A DNA stretch of 64,000 nt from Azolla caroliniana (taxonomy: Eukaryota > Plantae > Polypodiophyta): assembly GCA_043228905.1 (NCBI GenBank), contig JBHGNT010000005.1, forward strand, positions 19,282,001-19,346,000. The letters are read 5' to 3'. The notes beneath the pieces are model-generated. The model was given only the letters and a program-made list of their open reading frames with translations, ran no database searches and had not been told where the DNA came from. Each line of letters opens with the position of its first letter. Positions within the stretch are counted from its first letter, which is position 1. The position numbers and the translations under genes are program-made. Positions 52,601 to 64,000 of this stretch are shown here, one piece after another.

Positions 52601-55600
52601 TACATTTCTAACTCTGCAGTATAGGCACAACTATAAAGGGCATGCTTTACCGACTGATCTAATAGCTCAACATGCAAGCTTCCCCACAACAATCAGGAAA
52701 GCAACCATCCAACCCCACTATTCATCTCTCAGGATAGAAATTACTCTCAGCTTGTTCCACCCGAGAAAGTAAGCTCATGGGCTAGGTCCTGTCTCATCAT
52801 TGAGATAGAATTCCATCAGTTAGATTATGAAAATCTCCATTTCCAGGCTTGGAACGGCAAGTATACAATCACAGTTCCAAAAAAGCACTCTCACTGAAAA
52901 GGTGGCTGCCCTTGCTTGTCTATGTGTAAAAATCTCCTGAGTCACTTCTCATCCCAAGCATTTCATTGTATCACAACATAATGCATTATACCAACTATTT
53001 TGTGTGGCTCTACCACGTGTGAACATCTTGCTGGCTATATTGTGGTAAAGGCATGTATGGCTGCAACATCCAATGACTACGACAGCCCTTGTGTGACTTC
53101 CTCTAAGGAGGTGAAAGGATCCAAAACAAGCATATACATGTATATTTCACAACTATACACACCAACTGCTATCCTCTAGAAAGAGAGGCCTGGGAAGTGA
53201 AATTTTCTCCCCATGGCAAGAATGAGATAGGACATGGCTGGCTTTCCCTTGTCACTAATGATAACAGTCGGGGATGGTTAGTGAGGACTGACTGGAGCAC
53301 TTGAGATAACTAACTTTTTTAATGTTCTCTGCTGTTAACATCTTTTATCGTTTTAGCTCTTTTTACTTAAAATAAGCATAGATGATATGAGACATTAAGG
53401 ATTTATTTCTTCACACCATAAAAAAACTACCCTTCAACTGAGTGTCAACATACCTTTCCTTGCATATAGACCACGTGCACCAAGAGAGAAGCCTATTCCC
53501 AGCAGCACAACACCTCCAATTTTAATCCAACCTGCAAGCTTGATGCATATGACCATGAGTATCTCTGTGTGAAACCATATCTCATTTTCTACTTGCAACA
53601 GTGAATGCTTGGAAAGGAGAAATGAACATTTACCAGTCATGAAAAATGTACGATGTCAATGTTTTCGATTATTGATTACAGAAAAAAAATTATGTTGGCA
53701 GAAGTGCTGATTTTCATGACAAAGTTAGTTTGAATACTTGAGTTTATCAATGTCATATTAATGCACTTGTGCTCAGCCTTCCATCAGCCCTGCTTCCTCA
53801 TATTTTCAGCCATGGTCTATCTGTATACAGCTTTCTCTCCCAGTTACAATGTGGATGGGCAGTCGATTGCAATGCTTATCCATGAAATTCTTGAGCATCA
53901 AGCATTACTTATCAAATCCGCACACAACACAATACGGGACGTCAAGCATTCACGAGATGACATTATAGGCAATGGGAAGTGTGAGTATTTGAAGGAACCA
54001 TTCAACATATTATTTGGTATGGAATCTTAGGATAAGAAAGTCCACTAACAATGGCACTGTAAATATGGTGCATGAATTGTACTGACATAATGTGTTTGAA
54101 ACCAAGATTGCATTATACAGGGTGCAGGTCTCTGAGTACTCAAAGGAACCATTTTACCATTTAATATATTTTGCAGATCTCTGAGTACTCAAAAATGTCC
54201 ACAAACAATAGCACTCAGATCCTCAATCACTTGTTTTGTAAATTAAAAACAGGTGATCTTGTGTAAATAAAGAAAGACATGGGTCCCATGCTATTTGGAA
54301 TTATTCAAATTCACAAAACATGTCTTAATGGAAGAATTCTACAGGTAAGAGGAGGCTGACTTGAACCCAATATTGTGTTTTCTTCATGGCCTTAACTTTT
54401 GTGACTTTTGTAACTTTCAGAATCAAGATTGCATTATAGGGGGTGCGATCTGTGATTGCTCAAGAGATCCATTTTACCATTCAATATATACCTCGTATGG
54501 AGCCTTAGGATAAGAATCAAGATTGCATTATAGGGGGTGCAGATCTGTGAGTACTCAAGGATCCATTTAACCATGTAATATATACCTCGTATGGAGCCTT
54601 AGGATAAGAATGAGCTCAAACATCAGCAGTCAGATCCTAAAACACTTCTTTTGTAAAGTAAAAACAGGTGATATTGTGTAAAGGAAAGGAAAAGCAGGAC
54701 TACTTTCATCTTGGCCCCCATGCTATTTGGAACTAGTCAAATACACAAAACATGTCTTTATGGAAGAATTCTACAGGTATGAGAAGGCTGTTTTGAGCCC
54801 AATATTGTGTTTTCTTTCATGACCTTAACTTTTGTGACTTTCAGAATAAGTATTAATTAGTGTTTCTATGTTAAATCATTACCTAGTCGTGGTAAATAAT
54901 TTGTGTTAAGGTCCCAATTCCAATAAAAGGTCTCAAATTTGATGTATTTCCTTTGGTTCCATATAGAAAATTTGACCTTCGAATATAATAATAAAATCAA
55001 TACGGAAGTTTTTGGATTGTGTCTCCTGCGCTCATACTCTTGTTCATTGCACATCTCAGTGTCCAAGATTAATGACAACAGCCTCTCAACTATGGATGTG
55101 CAACCAATCAGATTTTTATTTTATTCATTTGATCTAGACACAATGTATTTTCTTTGTTTTGCTTATTATCCAACATCATATCAAATCTCAATGGCTGTAA
55201 CTTCTTTGGTTTCATATGCAATGAAATAAAGCAATACCCTCAAATTCTGATTCATAACAAATAAATAGATCACATTCAGATGATGCAAGAAAAATGTAAC
55301 AAAATTTCCAATTTTTTCTAACACTAAATTCCAGTTTCTAAAAGAACTATGAAAAGAAAATAAATAATGCTAAATATTTGATCACAAAGAAATATTCATT
55401 TTTTTATCACAAAGTACCTGACGCATTAGCCCCATTGATTTGTGATCCATTTGGTGCCCAGCCCAAGAATTGATCCAAATTACCTGAAGGAGAAGAACTG
55501 TTCCAAGATCTAATTTTTGGGTTCTCTTCTGAGATTCCTCCTTCTTCTCCATCCACACTTCTGCATTTGACCCCTCGAAGCTTCGATCTTCGAGCCATTA

Positions 55601-55724
55601 TCATGGCCATCTGTGAAGAGGAAGAGGAGGAAGAAGAAAACGTGCCCAATGAGCTTCCTAATTTTCTGAGTCTTTTAAGGTTCCACGGTGATGGAGCAAG
55701 TGATTGTTGTAACGAAAAATCCAT
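46657..55724 (-). CDS. Plastid S-layer homology (SLH) domain protein with TM segment and coiled coil, 10 exons
   Basis: Exons 55724-55418, 53531-53454, 52103-51073, 50974-50886, 49355-49252, 49173-49074, 48999-48906, 48498-48384, 48313-47782, 47278-46657. Motifs CKRRDYARWL, KVFPAMYIENVTKLAYDDVQPEDPDFPFIQGLAEAGLISS, PLTRQDL and RRFQPEKPVTKSQAA. Confidence 0.9.
54100..54845. repeat. Intronic direct duplications (about 320-bp block plus ~100-bp subrepeat)
   Basis: CAAGATTGCATTATA occurs three times; AAAACATGTCTT..GGAAGAATTCTACAGGTA and CCTTAACTTTTGTGACTT each occur twice. Confidence 0.75.
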
Positions 55725-56879
55725 TGAAGTGAGTTTACGATGGGAAATCTCGAGGAAGAAGAAGAATTGTTGAGAACTTTACAGCTCACACAGGCGGATT
55801 ATTCATTTACAAGAAGGCCTGTCTTTTTTTTAGGGTTTGCAGATGTGGGTTTACTTTTGTATCTAGCATATGTGGGTTTCTGCTTCAGGGATTCTACAAC
55901 GTGGGAGTGTATATTTCAGGGTTTCAGGGTGTGTGTTTTTTATTTTTAGGGTTCCCAGGTTATGCAATTAGGGCACTCCAAGGGTTTCCACGATGTGGGT
56001 TTTAGGGGGTATGGTGTTTGTTAGGGTTTACAGAGCTTTGATGAGGGAACAGAGGGTAGAGGCTGCATGATCAATATCTCTGTTTTGTCCACAATAACAA
56101 ATTGGGGAAAAGAAGAACACAGAGGAACAAAGAAAAAGGCATTTCTTTTGATAGAGATATGTATATCATATGATAGATAGATGCTCTTGGGATATTGGAA
56201 ACATATGCTTCTCTGGCTCTGGCTCTGCCTCTGGGCTCTGGGCTCTTGCATAAATCATGAGAACAAAAGTAGTCTGTAGTCTTTTTACTTCCCCCATGGG
56301 GGGGCAGCTTTTATCATCACGGGGTTGGGGTTCAGATGTTCGGCATCAATGCCGACCGACTTCAGCCCCTGTGCTTTGAATTCATTGTGTTTTGTTTTGG
56401 GGGCGGGTTTCGGAAAATCATGCGCTCGACCTTCATTCTCCGAATCGCATTCGAATGCATTGTGTCTTTTTGGGTTTCGGAAATCTTGTGCTCGACCTTG
56501 ACTCTCCAAATCGCATTCGTTTGCATGCATGCATGTATCAGAAGGTGTTTGGGAGATGGGTTAAGGGTTTAAGGGTCGTGGGTGTGGGTGTGGGTTTAGG
56601 GTTTAAGAACTTGGGTTTCTTGTTTGCCAAACATGGGTTTAGGGTTTTGAGTGTTTTAAGGAAACGAAGACTCTTGACAATGATGTGTGCACGCACGCTT
56701 GTCAAGATTAGGCTTCAGAAATAGTTAGGCAACCCAAGGTTCTGAACCCATTATGCTTGATCTTTTCTTGGAATTGTGCACACTCCTGAACACATTGTCT
56801 TTTCTTAATCACATCAGGGAATCTAGTAGAGTTTCTCTGTCGTTTCATTCACACATAGAGAGAGGCCTTGGTTGGTAGG

Positions 56880-57330
56880 GTTAGAATTAGAATTAGAATT
56901 TTTTATCGTCCATAAAGAGGCCAATTTTGACCTATGGGACTAGAGTATACATGTGTTCTTGATATGTTTCTCCTTCCTAAGAAGGGGTATTCATACATTG
57001 AAGCACAAAGTCTCTATGTGTGAATAAAGCATACACATATGAGGTCAACCTTCTCGGTGGTGTCTTAAGTATGGCACTTAAGTTATCACTCCCTCTTAGT
57101 ATGTCAGCATATCTTGAATGAATTGCATTATATGTCGGGTATGTGAAGAGCAAGTGATATTCATCCTCTACCATGCCTTCATTGCATACTTTGCATGTCT
57201 TCAAGTTCGTTACATTTTGATACCATGATGCAACTTCAATACCTAACTTGTGAGATCGAGTTCGAAGTAGTGTAAGGGGTCTACGAGCATTACTACTCAT
57301 ATTGGTAATGAGATAAGGTTGGATACGATC
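56880..57330 (-). mobile_element. 3' end of a non-L1 LINE (RTE-X-like), third copy
   Basis: LRTRSHKLGIEVASW...CKVCNEGMVEDEYHLLF; AGGTCA-AAAT-TGGCCT stem-loop; (AATTCT)n tail. Confidence 0.75.
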
Positions 57331-57336
57331 AATAGG

Positions 57337-58290
57337 CTATTGATCTCTTTTGAAGATTCGACCCAGTCGGCAACACACCCAATAGGCATCTCCATAAGAA
57401 TACTCGTTCCTTAAGTGGAAGACTAGAGCTCCATAATCTTGTAAGCCTATTTTTCCACTAGGATTGCATTGTGTGTAGGTTTCATAATGCATTTGCATGT
57501 TCGTGAAACCATGGGACAGGTTGCAACAACATATACATTGAATGTGTTGTAATGTTTTGCATTGGAATAACAATGTTCCCTTTTTGTAACATCCAATCCT
57601 GAATCCTACGATCTCCATCTAGAGGTGGCACAGGTACTAAGGAAAGTACCAACTTTGTGACTTGATTCCAAATAATGCGATGATGTGGCCCAAGACTATA
57701 ACGATATGTCATGTCATTGAAGTGCAATAAGTGACCTTGGTCATTTACCACATCTGCAATTGATTTCAGCCCCTTCTCTGCTAAAAAAAAAGCTTTCCTA
57801 GGCTCTTGTTTAGCTAGTGACTGTGGGAATATATCAATCTAGTGTAAGCTTTCGAGGCGTAAAGAGTTCCCTGATTCTGAATTCCTACCTCTCCATTTTA
57901 TGTGGTGCAATACTTCCTTCCAATGCTTTAGAAGCTTTGAGCTAAATGGACAACCTTTGATGTGCCCATCAAGCTTTCCAAACACTACATCCCAATGGTT
58001 AGTATCCCATGAGCCAAATGACTTGGTTTTCAAATGATCAAACATATCAGATAACATCATTGCCCAAGGAAATGTTTTTTCAACAAATTTTGGCAATAAA
58101 GTAGCTTTTCTAGCCAACCTATGCAAATGCAAATTAAGAATATTTAGCCCTCCACTCAATCGTGGAGTGCATATCTTCTCTAGTGATAGGAGCCGTATAC
58201 CTCTACGCAACTGCTTAGAGCACCAAAAGCTCCTTATGATTTCTGAGTTAATATTTTGTATCGTGTGTTTTGGCCAATCAATCATAATTA
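57337..58290 (-). mobile_element. L1-type LINE remnant
   Basis: IIRSFW...EKICTPRLSGGLNILNL post-RT motif in broken frames. Confidence 0.65.
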
Positions 58291-58293
58291 AGT

Positions 58294-58567
58294 TGTTGGG
58301 AAACAGGTCCCTCCGGATGAGAACCGGACGAGCCAGAAAACGGGACGAAGGAAGGAACTGGACCAGATGGATCCGGAAGGAGTCCGGCCGGACTCTATAT
58401 GAACTAGCAAATAGGAACATACTAGTAAATATGTTCAAATGTGACCATTGAGGTCATATTTGTAAATAGTCCTAAAGTTATATAAGTATAATTATAACTA
58501 AGGCAACATTGTTTTGTAAGGGGTCATAGCGATCATCATTGTAGTTGTTATCTTTGTTGTATCGTTG

Positions 58568-58603
<36 letters not shown>

Positions 58604-60971
58604 CAGAAAGTATTTTTTGTTGTAACCATCGGTTGGCGAAGACATAGAGCTCGAGGTCATTGCCTCCGAGTCTCGCATTGTATCCTTCCTCTCATAGTGA
58701 TAGTTGGAGTTTGTGGGCTCTCGTGGTTTTTTAAAATTAGGGTTTTCCACGTTAACATCTGGTGTCGTCACATTCTGTGTAAGTGCACTAAGTCTTTATT
58801 TCTGTTTTGATTCTACCATTGTGATTAAGACTCGGTTGTGGCCGAGCACTATTTCCCCACAATCTGGTATCAGAGCGAAGTTCAAAACTTCAAATAAAGA
58901 AAGAAGATGGAAGAGTCATTTGGCGGCATGTTCAAGCTCATCGGCTCAACTACTCAGTGTGGAAGTCAAAGATGAGGGACATGCTCGTGGTTAAGATCTT
59001 TGGTTGCCGGTACAGTTCGGGGACAAAAGACCAGACAAGATTGATGCATCAACATGGGAGGTGATGCATATGAAGACGATAGCCTACATTCGATGCTTCA
59101 TCGACATGAGCCTATACAACAACTTCACTGAAGAGAGTAAGCCTCATGAACTCTGGGAGAAGATAGGCATCATGTTTGAGAATAAGAATGTTGTAAATCG
59201 AGTCTCGGTCGTCCAGAAGTTAGTGAGACTCAGATATCAAGATGACTCCAGTATGGTGGAGCACATGAATCCCTTCCGGAGGTTGATAAACCAAACAACC
59301 TCGTTGGAAGTACCTCTAGCCGACGAGGTGCTCGCGTTGCTGCTGCTCGGTTCCCTCCGGATAGTTGGGAGACGCTAGTTGTCACTTTGGGCAACATCGG
59401 GTCGGAAGGTAAATATCTGTTCCTAGCAAGGGTAAAATCAAGCTTGCTGGATGAAGAAGCACGTTGGAAGGGCAAGGAGTTCGGAACCGATCCGAATAAC
59501 TTGGTCACAGAAGATGTCCATAACCGGGGAAGAGGTCGGGATCGGAGTTCCCAGAACCGGGACAAATCGGGACAAGGTCGAAGTCAAGGGGGAGGCCCAC
59601 TTGCTTTTATTGCGGAAAGCTGGGGCACTTCTAGAAGAATTGCTGACACTTCCAAAAAGAGAAAGGAACCGACAATGCCGATTCGAAGAAGGGTCCGGAC
59701 CGGAGAAGTTCAGATCGGAAAGGAACGTCGGCAATCGTGACAAACGAGGATGAACTATTGCTCATCACTGAGGAGAGAGAGCTACATCTTGGCAACGACG
59801 AGACGACATGGGTGGTCGACTCTAGAGCGTCGTTCTATTTGATCCTCGACTGGAAATGCTTCTCATCGTACAAAGCCAAAGATCACGGTTGTGTTCGGAT
59901 GGGAAATGAATAGGAGATGTGTGGTTGACTACGTCAACCGGGTGTAAATTGTTGCTGAAAGATGTCTGACACATTCCGGAGGTTTGGTTGGACCTGATAT
60001 TGGCCGGTCGGTTGGACGATGAAGGCTACACGGGTAGCATTCGGAACGAAGTCTTGAAATTCAGCAAAGGAAGCCTGATCGTGGCATGAACTCGGAAGGT
60101 CAACACATTGTACCTGATGCATGCTCGGATATGCAGGAAAGAAGTGAACGTGGCATCCGACAATGCTGGTGAGTTGTGGCACAAGAGGTTGTGTCATATG
60201 AGCCAGAAAGGGATGCAAAGACTTGTCGAGGATAACCTCATTCCGGAGGTGAAAGATGTGCAACTTGAGAAGTGCACCAACTATTTGGCTGGTAAGTAGA
60301 ACCAAACCTCTTTCTGGTTGAGGCCACTGATGAGACGGAAGGCTTCATTGGAGCTCGTGCATACCGATGTATACCAGGTGGACACGAAGACACATGCCGG
60401 ATCGTAGTACTTCGTGACGTTCATAGATGACCAAAGCCGGAAGCTGTGGGTCTCACCACTGAAGACGAAGGACTAGGTACTATCCGTCTTCAAGGAATTT
60501 CACGTGAGAGTGGAAAGGGAAGCCAGCCGAAAGCTGAAAGTGGTTCGGGTAGACAATGGAGGTGAATACTGGGGGCAGTTCGAGGAGTACAGCCGGTCGA
60601 AGGGAATCCGACTCAAATTCACCGTGCCAAAGATGTTGGAGCTTAATGGATTGGCCGAAAGGATGAACCGGACTGTGATGGAGAGAGTCCGGAGCATGCT
60701 GGCACATGCTAAGTTGTCCAAGACATTTTGGGCTGAGGCGTTGATGATGGCGACTTACGTGATAAATCGATCAACCTCTGCACTGGACGGAGACACACCA
60801 TAGAGAGTATGGACCGGTAAAAACTTGTCTTACCGGCATCTGAAGGTGTTTGGTTGTCTTGCCTACATGCATGTTGCAAAGGACAAGAGTGCGAAATTGG
60901 ATCCAAAGTCTCGGCCATGTATATTCCTTGGATACGACGATGATGAGTTTGGCTACCAAGTGTGGGACTTG
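58294..60971 (+). mobile_element. Degenerate Ty1/copia element (5' LTR, gag, protease, integrase), cut by a nested insertion
   Basis: LTR 58294-58861 (TGTTGGGAAA...TTTCCCCACA); iMet PBS TGGTATCAGAGC 58865-58876; gag, ELWHKRLCHMS, RVDNGGEY, NGLAERMNRT, CIFLGY. Many stops and frameshifts. Confidence 0.9.
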
Positions 60972-63900
60972 TGTAAAGAATCGGATATGGATTCTTGTGA
61001 AGCGGAAGAGATATGAGTTATGTGTGTGTATGTGAGAGAGACAGAGAGTGAGAGAGACAAGGAATAATACACAAAGAATACGCAAGGTAAAAGTATATTA
61101 TCAAAGGAGAAAGACACGACATTATACAAGGTGGGAGAAGGGTGCTTTATGTAGTCACCCTCTCTCTTCATTAACTACAAGACTCATAGAGCATGGGGAA
61201 TGTGAAAGCTCATAAGTTATGTGTCATAGAATATGATTCTATGACTCATACTAAATGCTAGAATACAAAGTGGTGACTTAATGGTGACTCTTGACCGTTG
61301 GAGTGTCTATTCACTCTCAAGGTGAGTTCACACACTAGACCAAGTTGAGCTTGATTCTCAATACGCCCCCTCAAGCTCAAGTTAGGTCGGTTTCAGATGG
61401 TATCCGAAATCCGCTTCGACTCACGTTCCGGTGTCTGCGTTGATTCGCGTCGACTTGCTTTATGCAGAGTTGCGGAATCCGTGCTCCAGCTTGCGTTGTG
61501 CGTAGTTGCGAAGTATGTGCTTCGGCTTGTGTCTTTCTTCGCGGCTTTGAGCGGTAGATCGGCTCTTCGCAGCTTCGTTGTGTGGTTTGATGGGTACGCC
61601 CAGATCCTTCAAAATCCTCTTGAGTCATACGACTTCACACGCAGCTACGGTTGCGCCCCTGTATTCCGCCTCCGTACTCGAAAGAGCGACGATAGGTTGC
61701 TTCTTGCTACTCCAGGATATTGCTCCGCTGCCGAGGGAGAAAACAAATCCGGAGGTTGATCTTCTATCGGCTTTGGAGCCGGCCCAATCGGCATCTGTGC
61801 ATCCCTCGAGTCGTATTGGCATCGTGGTCTTTGTAGAGGATGCCGCAATCCATTGTGCCACTCACGTATCGTAGAACTCGCTTAGCGCAATCCAAGTGAG
61901 TATCACATAGTGTTTGCATGAATTGGCTAAGGAGACCGACCGGATAACTGAGATTGGGTCGTGTGATCGTGAGTAGATGAGACTCCCGATGAGTTGTTGA
62001 TACTGAGTTGGCTCACACCCTTTGGTGCCGGACTGCGCATCTAGTTTGAGATTACGATCGAGCGGGGTTGCCACGGATTTGCACTCAGCCATCCCGAACT
62101 TGTATAACAAGTTGAGGATGTACTGCCATTGAGAGATCATGATTCCGGCTGGAGTCCGAATTACCTCGATGCCGAGGAAGTAGTGGAGCTCCTTCATGTC
62201 CGTCATATCGAACTTGTCGGAAAGGAGGGATTTGACTTTATTGATTTCGATGAGATGCTCACCTCCAACGACTAGGTCATCCACATATAAGATGATGATG
62301 ATCGGACTTGCGGAATCACTTCGTATGTAGAGGGAGTTATCCGATTTTGACATACGGAAGCCGATTTGATGAAGATATTGAATTATCTTTGAATGCCAAG
62401 CACGCGGTGCTTGCTTGAGGCTGTAGAGTGGCTTCTTGAGTCGGCAAACAGCTTTCGGATGGGTGCTCGAGTTGAAGCCGGGTGGTTGGATCATGTACAC
62501 CTCCTCTTCTAATTCGCCTTGTAGAAAGGCGTTCTTGACGTCCATTTGATGGAGGTGCCACCCTTTCGCCGCGGCAATCGCAATTATGGTCCGCACCGTC
62601 GTCATCTTTGCCACCGGGGCAAAGGTCTCTTCGTAGTCGACGCCATGCGTCTGAGCGTATCCTTTCGCTACGAGTCAAGCTTTGTAGCGGTTTATGGAGC
62701 CATCGACGTTATACTTCACCTTGTAGATCCATCTGCATCCGATCGCCTTTTTGTGTGGTGAGGTGGAAACGAGATCCCACGTCTCGTTCTTCCGTAGTGC
62801 CTGCATCTCCTCGTTCATTGCTTCGATCCATCGCGGGTCCTTCGCGGCTTCCGAAAAGGTTTCCGGCTCCCGTACTGTCGCTACCTTCATCATAAAGGCG
62901 TAATGGTACACCATATAATCATTGTAGCTGAATCGGCTTATGGGGTTCTTTTCACGAGTGGAGCGACAAAGCTTTTCATTTGCTGAGATGAGGGCTTTCT
63001 TAGCTCCGATTGGTACATCGAAGCCGCCGAACTCACTGTCGAGTGAGTGAGTCGGCTCATTGTTGTTGAAGCGATCGTCTTCGTATTCCGACATTTTCGC
63101 CTTGCCTTTGTCCATCTTCAGGCTAGGCCGTGATGTGCTTTGATCACTCAACGGCTCTTGAGGTCCGCTCAGTCAGGTCGTGATCGGACTTTCTTCGATC
63201 ATGCACGTAGGGCAATCTTCATCCTCGATCTCTTGGTCGGCAGATTCCGGGTCGAGTGGAGGCGGAGTCGGAGTTGTCTCTAGTGCATACCAGGATGCGG
63301 ACTCGTCAAAAATGACGTCTCGACTTACTCAAGATTTTCGAGTTGAAGGGTTGTAGCACTTGTACCCCTTTTTGTCCAATGAGTATCCTACGAGGATACA
63401 TTTCTCTGACTTCGAGTCAAGCTTTTGACGCTTCTCGTCGGGGGTGTGCACGTACGCTATCGCTCCGAATATGCGGATGTGCGATAAGTCCGGCTTCTTT
63501 CCGAAGTATTTTTCGTGCGGAGTGACCTCGTGCACACCGGATGTTGTGCATCGGTTCATTAGGTAGACGGCCGTATTTGCAGCTTCGGCCCAATATGACT
63601 TGGGCATATGCTTCTCGTTCATCATGGCTCGCGCTACTTTGAGGATGTGCCGATTTTTGTGCTCGGCTACCCCATTTTGTTGCAGAGTGTGTCGGCAAGT
63701 GAATTCTCGCCAAATTCCTTCCTTTCGGAGATACGCCGTGAAGGCGTCCGAGAAGTACTCCTTGCCGCCATCCGATCGAAGGCAACGTACAGGTCGGCCC
63801 GTGGCTTTCTCGACTTCATTCTTGAAAGTTTGGAAGTGCCGCATCGGGTAGATCCAAGTGTGCCTGGAGAAGTCGTCGATGAAGAGCACGTAATATCGGC

Positions 63901-64000
63901 ATCCGCCGAATGTAGCCGTTTGCGCCGGTCCCCATACGTCGGAATGGACTACGTCGAGTAGACCTTTGCTCACGTTCCGCTCTTTCGGGAATGGGTGTCG
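60972..64000 (-). mobile_element. Second Ty1/copia element (integrase, RT, truncated RNase H, 3' LTR) running off the window
   Basis: VHSDVWGP, RSDGGKEY, QMDVKNAFL, YVDD, DADWAG and SSTEAEY motifs; PPT TTGAGGGGG near 61366-61374; 3' LTR about 60972-61363; stops and frameshifts. Confidence 0.9.

Overview
Eukaryotic nuclear DNA from a land plant, probably a fern (inferred from the PPR style and TE content). It holds five host genes, four with introns: a PLS-E PPR gene, a VAR3/OZ-like RanBP2 zinc-finger gene, an NAA50-like acetyltransferase, a plastid NFU and a plastid SLH-domain gene. These sit in a dense matrix of transposons. The main element is a young, structurally complete 10.1-kb non-chromovirus Ty3/gypsy retrotransposon (28111-38232; LTRs about 99% identical; ATAAC target-site duplication). 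After gag-pol it carries a second ~985-aa sense ORF with its own TATA box, and it has no polypurine tract next to the 3' LTR. Also present: nested Ty1/copia elements, two solo LTRs with TSDs, two hAT-type MITEs with 8-bp TSDs and L1 remnants. A non-L1 LINE family has a conserved 3' stem-loop that also ends tRNA-headed SINE-like elements. Exon boundaries and alignments were read by eye and no database searches were run.
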